Notes under the pieces: generated by a model
The model's database searches: none
What the model saw: the letters and a program-made list of their open reading frames with translations, nothing else
What the model was told of the DNA's origin: nothing
DNA from: Gemmatimonadota bacterium
GTDB taxonomy: Bacteria; Gemmatimonadota; Gemmatimonadetes; Gemmatimonadales; GWC2-71-9
Length of the DNA: 34,308 nucleotides
NCBI GenBank assembly: GCA_003221825.1
Contig: QHUE01000087.1
Location: 1 to 34,308 of the forward strand
Reading direction: 5' to 3'
In this document: piece by piece, positions 27,134-34,308 of the stretch
Layout: each line of letters opens with the position of its first letter
Position numbering within the stretch: position 1 is the stretch's first letter
Made by a program: the position numbers and the translations under genes

Positions 27134-27838
27134 GCGTGATCACCATCGGGCCGAATGGTTCAGACTGCGAGAGCGTGAGCGCGCTGCGCTTGGCGAGCTC
27201 GAGCAGCGCGATAAACGTCGAGAGTACGTCCACCAGCGTTGCCTGCGGACCAACGGCGTCCTGCCAACCGAAGATCTCCCGCTCCGCCAGCAGCGTCGTG
27301 ATGCGGGCCGTGGCTCCTTCGACGTCGAGCGGGCGCGGCACCACACGGTGCAACATCGGCTCGGGGATGAGCGCGATCACGCGCTCCGCGGCCGCGAGCA
27401 GATCGTTCAGATCGATCTGCAGCGGCGCGGGGGGCGCATCGGGGGGGGTGCCTCGTAGCCGCGCCCATACCGCTCGGCGCGCGCATCGGCGGCATGGCCG
27501 AGCCAGTCCACCAGCTCGCGGATCTGTTGGTACTCGAGCAGCCGCCGCACCAGCTCGGCCCGTGGATCCTCCCACTCGTCCTCCCCGAGCCGGCGCGGCA
27601 GCAGCATTTGCGCCTTGATGCGCAGCAGCCGCGCCGCCATTTCCAGGTAATCCGCCGCCTGATTGAGCCCCAGCTCATTGATGACCGACAGGAACTGATC
27701 GGCGATCTTGGCGATCGGGAGGTCGGTGATGTCGACCTCGTCCTCGCGGATCAGATGCAGCAGCAGATCGAGCGGGCCGGAAAACTTCTCCAGCTCGACG
27801 ACGAACGCTGACTGGTCCCGCATGATTGGCCCGGTCAT
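27108..27838 (-). CDS. scpA: segregation and condensation protein A; frame interrupted in a G8/C8 homopolymer at 27441-27448
   Basis: N-part (frame of ORF 27407..27928): FVVELEKFSGPLDLLLHLIREDEVDITDLPIAKIADQF...LEMAARLLRIKAQMLLP. C-part (frame of ORF 27108..27575): DAPPAPLQIDLNDLLAAAERV...VLSTFIALLELAK. The frames swap at cacccccccc (minus strand). Start ATG 27838 (ATGA overlap) or ATG 27823. Confidence 0.85.
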
Positions 27839-28500
27839 GAACACAGGATGTAGGGGGGGAGACCGTGTCCCAGCGCGATTGGACAGATCACCTGCAGCGC
27901 GGCGAGGCGCAGCTGGAACGCCGGCCACAAGAAAAACTGTACGACCCCCGGCAGCATATAGCTGATCAGCATGATAGGCAGAAAGCCGTAGCGCTGGAAC
28001 TGCCGGTACTGCAACCCCGCCGCGGGCGGCAGCAGATGGTAGAACACGTGGCTGCCATCGAGCGGCGGGATCGGAATCAGGTTAAAGAACGCCAGCACGA
28101 GATTGTACCATAGGCCGTAGTACATCATCCGCTGGACCAGCTCGAGCGTCGGAGTAAGGGACGGCAACGCCGGCGCGATGGTCCCGACCGTCGCGAAGAG
28201 TGCCGTGAAAATGACAAAGAGGACCAGGTTTACCGCAATGCCGGCGAGCGAGACGATGATGTCTCCGCTCACGTAGTGCCGGTAGTTGCGCGGATTTACG
28301 GGCACCGGCTTCGCCCCGCCGAACGCCCATCGGCCCTTCGACGCGACAGCGGTGATGATCGGGAGCAGGATGGTCATGAAGGGATCAATGTGTTTCGCGG
28401 GATTGAACGTCAGCCGCCCAAGCATGTAGGCGGTGGAATCACCCTGGCGGTAGGCCGCCTCGGCGTGCGCGTATTCATGAGCGACCATGGAAAACAGCAA
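27835..28500 (-). CDS. M50-family (site-2 protease-like) membrane zinc metalloprotease
   Basis: HEYAH (HExxH), GDSTAYMLGRLTFNPAKHIDPF and NLIPIPPLDGSHV. The only canonical start is TTG 28500, which begins inside the helix that carries HExxH. Homologous-looking sequence (AISFEFLLWAPV) continues upstream without a start codon. Confidence 0.85.
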   Translation of the reverse strand: MLFSMVAHEYAHAEAAYRQGDSTAYMLGRLTFNPAKHIDPFMTILLPIITAVASKGRWAFGGAKPVPVNPRNYRHYVSGDIIVSLAGIAVNLVLFVIFTALFATVGTIAPALPSLTPTLELVQRMMYYGLWYNLVLAFFNLIPIPPLDGSHVFYHLLPPAAGLQYRQFQRYGFLPIMLISYMLPGVVQFFLWPAFQLRLAALQVICPIALGHGLPPYILCS

Positions 28501-28575
28501 AACAGGCGCCCAGAGGAGGAACTCGAACGAGATAGCGCTGCTCGGGGTAGGTGACGGCCAAAGATATGTATAGTC

Positions 28576-28604
28576 TTGACCCGACGCAACTTACCGTCTA
28601 CTTT
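28576..28604 (+). promoter_or_regulatory. putative promoter of rpsT (TTGACC-N17-TACTTT)
   Basis: -35 TTGACC at 28576-28581, 17 nt spacer, -10 TACTTT at 28599-28604. The rpsT ATG A is 8 nt after the -10 and no SD is visible. Confidence 0.4.
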
Positions 28605-28611
28605 CCGCGCC

Positions 28612-28881
28612 ATGCCGAAGATCAAATCCGCCAAGAAAGCGATGCGCCAGGCGCGCTCGCGCACCATTCGCAATAGAGCACAACGCTCGTCACTCCGCAC
28701 CGCGCTGAAGCACGTGCGTGCCGCCGCGACGGCGGACGCCGCCGCCGCCGCGTATGCGCTCGCCGCCCGCGTGCTCGACCGCGCCGCCCGCAAGGGACTG
28801 ATCCACAAAAACAACGCCGCTCGGCAGAAGTCGCGCCTCGCGGCATTGGTCAAACGGCTACGCGAAAAGGCAACGGCGTAA
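28612..28881 (+). CDS. rpsT: 30S ribosomal protein S20
   Basis: MPKIKSAKKAMRQARSRTIRNRAQRSSLRTALK...LDRAARKGLIHKNNAARQKSRL is typical S20. ATG 28612 is preferred over the TTG 28576 of the ORF track. Confidence 0.93.
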   Translation: MPKIKSAKKAMRQARSRTIRNRAQRSSLRTALKHVRAAATADAAAAAYALAARVLDRAARKGLIHKNNAARQKSRLAALVKRLREKATA

Positions 28882-28915
28882 CGGGAACGGAAACCGCCAC
28901 GGCCGGATGTTAGTA

Positions 28916-28937
28916 GGGGCGCAGCATGCTGCGCCCC
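28916..28937. terminator. perfect 22-nt GC-rich palindrome between convergent genes (bidirectional terminator candidate)
   Basis: GGGGCGCAGCA|TGCTGCGCCCC lies 35 nt after the rpsT stop and 36 nt after the stop of the minus-strand gene at 28973. There is no clear U-tract on either side. Confidence 0.6.
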
Positions 28938-28972
28938 TACATCACATCAAACCGGTTCGATTCCCAACCATA

Positions 28973-29719
28973 TCACATCGCGGCCAACTCCCCGCCACAT
29001 TTCTCGCAGTACCACTCCGTCGCTACGTTCATCGTTCCGCACTCTTTACACTGCAGCGTCTTTTCGACCGGCGCGTTTTCGTCGACCGGCGCGAGCGGCG
29101 TTCCGTCCTCTACATCGTCGGGCTGATACTGCGCCCCGCTCGCTCGCTGTGGCGAGGGTGTCCGATCATCTTCCGTGACTGATTTCAGGAAGGCCAGCTC
29201 GTCGGTTGGTGTTTTCCGCCGTTCCGGAGCTTTCTCCGGTGGTCTCGGCGGAGCTCCACCGCGCGGCGCGGCCGCCGCGGGTTTCGCCTTGACGAGCGTG
29301 TCGAGTTCTTCGAGCCGGGTGATGTCGCGCTCGACGTCCATGAGCTCGTCGCGCACGGCGCCGAGGTCCGCGAGGGCGTCCTTGTGCACCTGCGCCCACT
29401 GCCCTTCGTCATATTCGCCGACTTCATGGCGCAGCTCCGTTTCCGCCAGCCGCTCGGCGGCCGCCTTTTCCTTCTTCTGAAGCTCGAGCAGGTTTTCCTG
29501 GCGCTGCGCGATGAGCTGGCGGGCGGCGTCGGCGTGCGACTTCAATTCCTCCGTGACGGCCCGCAGCCGCGCCTCGTAGTCGGCCTTCACGCGCGTGCGC
29601 ACGTGCTCCGGCGCCGAGTCGGCGGTCGCGTTGATGCGCGCGAGCCAGGCCTCGTACTGGCGACGTTCTTCCAGGAGCCGCTGAATCGCGGCGGCGCTTT
29701 TCGACGGTCCCTTAGCCAT
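28973..29719 (-). CDS. coiled-coil protein with Pro-rich linker and C-terminal zinc ribbon
   Basis: Start ATG 29719 (MAKGPSKSAAAIQRLLEERRQYEAW...) overlaps the aldolase stop by 8 nt. Long heptad-like helical region and a C-terminal CKECG...CEKCGG motif. The ORF-track start 29797 lies inside the aldolase gene. Confidence 0.65.
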   Translation of the reverse strand: MAKGPSKSAAAIQRLLEERRQYEAWLARINATADSAPEHVRTRVKADYEARLRAVTEELKSHADAARQLIAQRQENLLELQKKEKAAAERLAETELRHEVGEYDEGQWAQVHKDALADLGAVRDELMDVERDITRLEELDTLVKAKPAAAAPRGGAPPRPPEKAPERRKTPTDELAFLKSVTEDDRTPSPQRASGAQYQPDDVEDGTPLAPVDENAPVEKTLQCKECGTMNVATEWYCEKCGGELAAM

Positions 29720-30356
29720 CCTTCTCCCGTTGCTGCACCAAACCGCGGATTGCTTCGAGGCTGAGAGGCTGCGGCTGCCCGATCTGCCGAGCGGCAACGA
29801 TGATGCGCGCGCCGTGCTCCAGCGTCTCCATCCGGATCCACGCTTCGTCGAGCGTGCTCCCCATCGTCACGGCCCCGTGATTCGCCAGCAGGAGCGCGTG
29901 ATTTCGCCCTCCTGCGAGATATGGAACGACGCGATCGCCCAGCTCCGGCGTGCCTGGCATGCCGAAGGGGACGAGCGGCACCGCTCCCACCACGAAGATA
30001 AGCTCCGGCAACAAATTGCCCGGAATCTCTTGGCCCGCAACGGCAAATCCTGTAGCAGCAGGGGGATGCGCGTGCACGACGGCGTGGACGTCAGGACGAT
30101 GGCGCAGGATGCGCAAGTGTAAGTCCAACTCGCTGGTAGGCTTGCGCGCGCCGCGCCGGCGCGGGTTTCCGGCGAGATCAACTTCCACCATATCGGCCGC
30201 GGTAACGAGCGACTTGATCAATCCACTCGGCGTGACGAGCACTCGTTCGGCGCCGAGACGCACCGAGAGATTGCCGTCGCGGCCGGCGATCAATCCCTGT
30301 GCTGCCATTTGCCGGCAGCACAGCGCCATGCGCCGAGCCACCGCCTTGGCGTTCAC
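29712..30356 (-). CDS. class II aldolase/adducin-family protein (FucA/MtnB-like)
   Basis: GNLSVR, LVTPSG, TSELDLHLRILRHRPDVHAVVHAHPP (metal-binding His cluster), LLANHGAVTMG. Start GTG 30356 forms a GTGA overlap with the pyrC stop. Confidence 0.8.
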   Translation of the reverse strand: MNAKAVARRMALCCRQMAAQGLIAGRDGNLSVRLGAERVLVTPSGLIKSLVTAADMVEVDLAGNPRRRGARKPTSELDLHLRILRHRPDVHAVVHAHPPAATGFAVAGQEIPGNLLPELIFVVGAVPLVPFGMPGTPELGDRVVPYLAGGRNHALLLANHGAVTMGSTLDEAWIRMETLEHGARIIVAARQIGQPQPLSLEAIRGLVQQREKDG

Positions 30357-31636
30357 AGCTCGTGAACGATCGTGCCTGCGACGATGGTGAGCACGGTGCG
30401 CCCCGTGAGTGCGCGGCCGGCAAACGGCGTGTTGCGGCTCTTGGAATGAAATGTCGCCGGGTCGACGGACCACTTCGCGGCCGGATCGAAGACCGCGACG
30501 TCGGCAACCGCGCCTGGCGCGAGCGTGCCCCCCGACAGATGAAAGACGCGCGCCGGCTCGGTGCTCATGCGGCGCAGCAGCTCCGGCAGCGACAACACCC
30601 CGCCTGGCACCAGCTCGCTGTAGGCGACGGCGAACGCCGTCTCCAGCCCGACGATTCCGAACGGCGCGTCGTCGAACGCCGCTTCCTTCTCGTCGTAGGC
30701 ATGCGGCGCGTGGTCGGAGGCGATGCAGTCGATCACCCCGTCCTTGAGCGCGCCGCGCAGCGCCGCGACATCGGCCGCTTCACGCAGCGGCGGATTCATC
30801 TTCGCGTGCGTGTCGTACTCTTCGCAGGCGTAGTCGGTCAGCGTGAGATGATGCGGCGTGACCTCGGCCGTCACGCGAATGCCGCGCTCCTTGGCGTCAC
30901 GAATGATGGCGACCGAGCCGCGTGCCGACATGTGACACAGATGCACGTGACCACCCGTCAATTCGGCCAGCACCACATCGCGCGCGACCATGATCTCTTC
31001 GGCCGCGGCGGGGATCCCTTTCAAGCCCAGGCGCGTCGCGACGAGGCCTTCGTGCATCACGCCACCGGCCGCGAGCATCGGATCCTCGCAATGATTCGCC
31101 ACCGGAATGCTGAACGTCCGCGCGTACTCGAGCGCGGTCCGCATCAGATGACTGGATGCGACCGGTCGGCCGTCGTCGGAGACCGCCACGGCGCCGGCGC
31201 TGACCATCTCCCCGAACTCCGCGAGCCGTTCTCCTTTCTGGCCGATCGACACGGCGCCGATCGGATGTACGCGCGCGAGTCCGGCCCGACCCGATTGGCG
31301 CACGATGAACCCGACGGCCGCCTGGTTGTCGGTCACCGGATCGGTATTCGGCATCGCGCAGATGGCCGTGAATCCGCCTGCCGCGGCCGCGCGCGCGCCG
31401 CTCGCCACCGTCTCTTCGTCTTCGTTGCCCGGCTCGCGCAGGTGCACATGCAGATCCACGAGACCCGGCGTCACCACCTTGCCCTTCACGTTGCGCACGA
31501 TGGCGCCTTCGGGCGCCCCCAGCCCGCGGCCCACGCCCGCGATCTTGCCGTCCTGAATCAGCACGTCCGCGGCTTGGTCCATGTCGCGACTCGGGTCGAT
31601 CACGTGCCCACCCTGGAGCAGGATTGGCTGAGTCAC
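30353..31636 (-). CDS. pyrC: dihydroorotase
   Basis: [37 protein letters not shown]. 427 aa and it looks full length. GTG start overlaps the pyrB stop (GTGA). Confidence 0.92.
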   Translation of the reverse strand: MTQPILLQGGHVIDPSRDMDQAADVLIQDGKIAGVGRGLGAPEGAIVRNVKGKVVTPGLVDLHVHLREPGNEDEETVASGARAAAAGGFTAICAMPNTDPVTDNQAAVGFIVRQSGRAGLARVHPIGAVSIGQKGERLAEFGEMVSAGAVAVSDDGRPVASSHLMRTALEYARTFSIPVANHCEDPMLAAGGVMHEGLVATRLGLKGIPAAAEEIMVARDVVLAELTGGHVHLCHMSARGSVAIIRDAKERGIRVTAEVTPHHLTLTDYACEEYDTHAKMNPPLREAADVAALRGALKDGVIDCIASDHAPHAYDEKEAAFDDAPFGIVGLETAFAVAYSELVPGGVLSLPELLRRMSTEPARVFHLSGGTLAPGAVADVAVFDPAAKWSVDPATFHSKSRNTPFAGRALTGRTVLTIVAGTIVHEL

Positions 31637-32505
31637 TCGCCGCCTCCGCGTTTCGCGGCATCGGCCAGCTCAGCGCGCCCGCCGGCGAGCAGGTAGAGCA
31701 CCGCCATCCGGACGGCCACGCCGTTGGTCACCTGGTCGAGGATGATGCTGTGCGGCCCGTCGGCCACGCGTGAGTCGATCTCGACGCCGCGATTCATCGG
31801 GCCCGGATGCATGATGGTGATTGCGCGGGGCGAGCGCTCGAGGCGCTCCGGCGTCACGCCAAACACGCGGTAGTACTCGCGCAGGCTCGGGATGAAGCCT
31901 TTCTCCATGCGCTCGAGCTGCAGGCGGAGCACGTTGAGCACGTCGGCCCACTCGATCGCCTCTTCGATCCGGCCGAACACCTTCACGCCCAGATCTTCGA
32001 TGCCGCGCGGCATCAGGGTCCACGGCCCACACACCGCGACCTCGGCGCCGAGCTTGGTCAGGCCCCAGAGATTCGACCGGGCGACCCGCGAGTGCAGCAC
32101 GTCGCCGACCAGACAGACCTTCAGGCCTTCGATCTTGCCGTGCTTGTCGCGGATCGTCAGCAGATCGAGCAGCGCCTGGGTGGGATGCTCGTGCTTGCCG
32201 TCGCCGGCATTGATGACGTTGGAGTCGATGCGATTGCCGAGGAATTCTGCCGCGCCTGACGACGGATGGCGGATCACGACCATGTCGATCCGCATCGCCT
32301 CGAATTCGAACGAGATGCGCGTGCGCGTCGATGCTTCAAAGAAGAGGTTGACGATCGTTTTGCCGCGCAGCGCGGGCACCTTCTTGATCGGGCGCTCGGA
32401 GACTTCCTTGAACGGTTCGGCGGTGTCGAGAATGAGCCGGATCTGCTCGGGGGTCATGTGCTCGAGCCCGGTGAGATCCTTGCCGAGGGTCGGGGAAGCG
32501 GTCAT
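31633..32505 (-). CDS. pyrB: aspartate carbamoyltransferase catalytic chain, with an apparent ~30-residue in-frame internal gap
   Basis: [65 protein letters not shown]. Between ...SFE and [12 protein letters not shown] there is only one residue. The family normally has ~32-38 there, including the KGE(S/T) loop. Confidence 0.9.
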   Translation of the reverse strand: MTASPTLGKDLTGLEHMTPEQIRLILDTAEPFKEVSERPIKKVPALRGKTIVNLFFEASTRTRISFEFEAMRIDMVVIRHPSSGAAEFLGNRIDSNVINAGDGKHEHPTQALLDLLTIRDKHGKIEGLKVCLVGDVLHSRVARSNLWGLTKLGAEVAVCGPWTLMPRGIEDLGVKVFGRIEEAIEWADVLNVLRLQLERMEKGFIPSLREYYRVFGVTPERLERSPRAITIMHPGPMNRGVEIDSRVADGPHSIILDQVTNGVAVRMAVLYLLAGGRAELADAAKRGGGE

Positions 32506-33059
32506 CGGATCAGGTCCACCTGGTCGCGGCCGTCCAGCTCCTCCACCTGCACGTCCACACGCTCTCCGGGCACCGTCTTCACGGCTTTCCCTACGATATC
32601 GGCCTGAATCGGCAGCTCGCGCCCGCCGCGGTCCACCAGCACACAGAGCGAGATGCGCTTGGGGCGGCCGAAATCGGCCAGCTCATCGAGCGCGGCGCGC
32701 ACGGTGCGGCCGGTGTACAACACGTCGTCCACGATCACCGCATGTTTGTCCGTGAGATCGCCGGGAATGTGCGTCTCCCCGATCACGGGCTTGGGCCCGA
32801 CGGTCTCGAGATCGTCGCGGTACAAGGTGATGTCGAGCGCGCCGCGCGGGATCGCGGCCGTTGCACCTTCTTCTTTTTCGATGAGTTTGGCGATGCGTTC
32901 GGCCAGCTCGACGCCCCGGCGCTGGATGCCGATCAGCACCAGATCGTCCGTACCGTGCGCCAGCTCCACGATTTCCACGGCCATACGCTGCAACGCCCGC
33001 GACATCGCGCGGGCGTCAAGGATTTGGGTCCGGGTCTCAGTTCTCAATGTACCGCTCAA
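32502..33059 (-). CDS. pyrR: bifunctional pyrimidine operon regulator / uracil phosphoribosyltransferase PyrR
   Basis: [46 protein letters not shown] (PRPP motif), [17 protein letters not shown] start overlaps the upstream stop (TTGA). Confidence 0.9.
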   Translation of the reverse strand: MSGTLRTETRTQILDARAMSRALQRMAVEIVELAHGTDDLVLIGIQRRGVELAERIAKLIEKEEGATAAIPRGALDITLYRDDLETVGPKPVIGETHIPGDLTDKHAVIVDDVLYTGRTVRAALDELADFGRPKRISLCVLVDRGGRELPIQADIVGKAVKTVPGERVDVQVEELDGRDQVDLIR

Positions 33060-33991
33060 TATACCGGAGTCAGCGGCGGTTTGCCGCTCAGCACGCTTTG
33101 CACGTTGGCGACCGCGATGGCGGCCATCTTACGGCGGGTGTCTTCGGTCGCGCTGCCGATGTGGGGCAGCAACACAGTCCGGGGCGCCGCGAGCAGGCGG
33201 GGATGGATGGCCGGCTCGTCGGTGTAGACGTCGAGTCCGGCGGCGCCGAGGTGTGCCAGCTCCAGGGCCCTGGCGAGCGCTTCTTCACGGACGAGGTCGC
33301 CGCGCGAGGTGTTGATCAAGATCGCGCCGCGCTTCATGCGCGCCAGCGCCTTACCGTTGATTATCCCTTTCGTCTCGGGACTCGACGGCACATGCAGACT
33401 GAGGATGTCGCTTTCGCCGAGCAGCTGGCTCGCGTCGACGCGCACGGCCGCCGTCTCCCGTTCGAATTCAGGCTTTGGGGTGCGCGCCGTGTAGAGTATG
33501 CGCAGCCCGAACGCCGGCGCCCGCCGCCCCACCGCCTGACCGATCCGCCCTGCCCCGAACAGTCCCAGCGTCCGGCCGCGCAGCTCGAGCCCGAGCAATT
33601 GCTCGGGGTGCCAGCCGCTCCATTTGCCGCTGCGGACGAGGTCTACGCCTTCGATCAGCCGCCGCGCAGTCGCCAGGATCAGTGCCCACGTCAGATCGGC
33701 CGTCGCGTCAGTGAGCACGCCCGGCGTATTCGTGACAAGCACCTTCCGCATCTCCGCGGCGACCACGTCGACGTTGTTGTAGCCGACGGCGCAGTTCGCG
33801 ACGATGCGCAATTGTGGAAGATTCTTGAGCTCTGTGCCCCCGACCCACCGGGACAAAAGCGGCACAATCGCAACCCAGTCGCCCTTGGGCGTGGGTTCTG
33901 CGCCAGCGATCCAGGTGATGTCGAGGTCGACAAGCTGCGCGGGCTCGAGGAGGTTCTTGAGCTCGGCGGCGACGAGGACGCGGTGAGTCAC
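33056..33991 (-). CDS. D-isomer-specific 2-hydroxyacid dehydrogenase (glyoxylate/hydroxypyruvate reductase-like)
   Basis: LGLFGAGRIGQAVGRR (NAD GxGxxG), ILINTSRGDLV, LDVYTDEP, LLPHIGSAT. 311 aa, GTG start. Confidence 0.9.
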   Translation of the reverse strand: MTHRVLVAAELKNLLEPAQLVDLDITWIAGAEPTPKGDWVAIVPLLSRWVGGTELKNLPQLRIVANCAVGYNNVDVVAAEMRKVLVTNTPGVLTDATADLTWALILATARRLIEGVDLVRSGKWSGWHPEQLLGLELRGRTLGLFGAGRIGQAVGRRAPAFGLRILYTARTPKPEFERETAAVRVDASQLLGESDILSLHVPSSPETKGIINGKALARMKRGAILINTSRGDLVREEALARALELAHLGAAGLDVYTDEPAIHPRLLAAPRTVLLPHIGSATEDTRRKMAAIAVANVQSVLSGKPPLTPVY

Positions 33992-34003
33992 GCCGCGGTC
34001 CCA

Positions 34004-34308
34004 TCACACATTGCCGAGATTCCAGATGATGCCGCAGTGCGCGCAGCTGAAGCGTGGCGTCTCACCCTCCAAGCGCACCGTGGGCCCACCACAGCGAGGG
34101 CAGCGGTAGTGCCTGATTCGCCACCGCGAAACGAAAACGTACGTGGCAACGCCAGCGGTCGCCGCCAGGATCTCGACGATCGTGACATCGCTATGCGCCG
34201 AAAGTCGTCCCGTACGAATCCAGATTGTCGCGATCGGCGGATAGACGAGCGTCATGATCGCCCAACCTACCCGGTAGACCCGCCAGGCCCAGTCGGGGCG
34301 CTCTCCCG
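34004..34308 (-). CDS. small membrane-associated zinc-ribbon protein, possibly 5'-partial
   Basis: ORF 34004..34255 ends with CPRCGG...CAHCG. The frame stays open upstream of ATG 34255 to the window edge (GERPDWAWRVYRVGWAI-MTLVYPPIATIWI...), so the true start may lie outside the window. Confidence 0.5.
   Translation of the reverse strand, partial: GERPDWAWRVYRVGWAIMTLVYPPIATIWIRTGRLSAHSDVTIVEILAATAGVATYVFVSRWRIRHYRCPRCGGPTVRLEGETPRFSCAHCGIIWNLGNV

Noticed and set aside
30299-31696. 465-aa plus-strand ORF
   Set aside because: It is antisense to the full-length dihydroorotase gene. It is Arg-rich, low-complexity and has no recognisable domain.

Overview
GC-rich (by eye about two-thirds to 70% G+C) bacterial chromosomal segment. 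It is gene-dense and almost entirely minus-strand: about 40 protein genes, with only rpsT on the plus strand. I recognised no rRNA, tRNA, CRISPR array, transposase or integrase. Minus-strand order from the right end leftwards: partial zinc-ribbon membrane protein, 2-hydroxyacid dehydrogenase, pyrR-pyrB-pyrC, class II aldolase, coiled-coil zinc-ribbon protein. Then rpsT (+). Then M50 protease, scpA, scpB, a pseudouridine-synthase-like gene, a 552-aa Rossmann protein, a sensor-like/HEAT protein, moxR, DUF58, a TM protein, batA, batB-C, batD-E, mutL, miaA, bshA, a UbiA-type prenyltransferase, uppP, birA, coaX, a second UbiA-type gene, two membrane proteins, an OMP-barrel/NlpC-P60 hydrolase and a lipoprotein. 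Then CIRCE-groES-groEL, a second sensor-like/HEAT protein, an HD-GYP protein and a partial exported protein. Packing is extreme, with up to 16 four-nucleotide start/stop overlaps. Three things deserve a second look. (1) The MoxR/DUF58/Bat operon is extended upstream by two translationally coupled genes of unknown role and carries BatB-C and BatD-E fusions. The same sensor-like N-domain plus HEAT architecture recurs next to the HD-GYP gene. (2) About nine otherwise clear genes are defective relative to their families. groEL lacks its last ~50 codons, and pyrB, bshA and the pseudouridine synthase gene lack internal conserved blocks. scpA, batD, the HEAT gene and the HD-GYP gene break frame, and the M50 gene has no canonical start. 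This points to a sequence-integrity problem or to something unusual about the source. (3) Smaller signals include G-quadruplex-prone poly-G/poly-Pro tracts, a heptamer repeat at the mutL/miaA junction and a probably leaderless rpsT. The core Bat operon is a known type, so I do not see an unambiguous new system. All family calls rest on motif recognition by eye; no searches were run.
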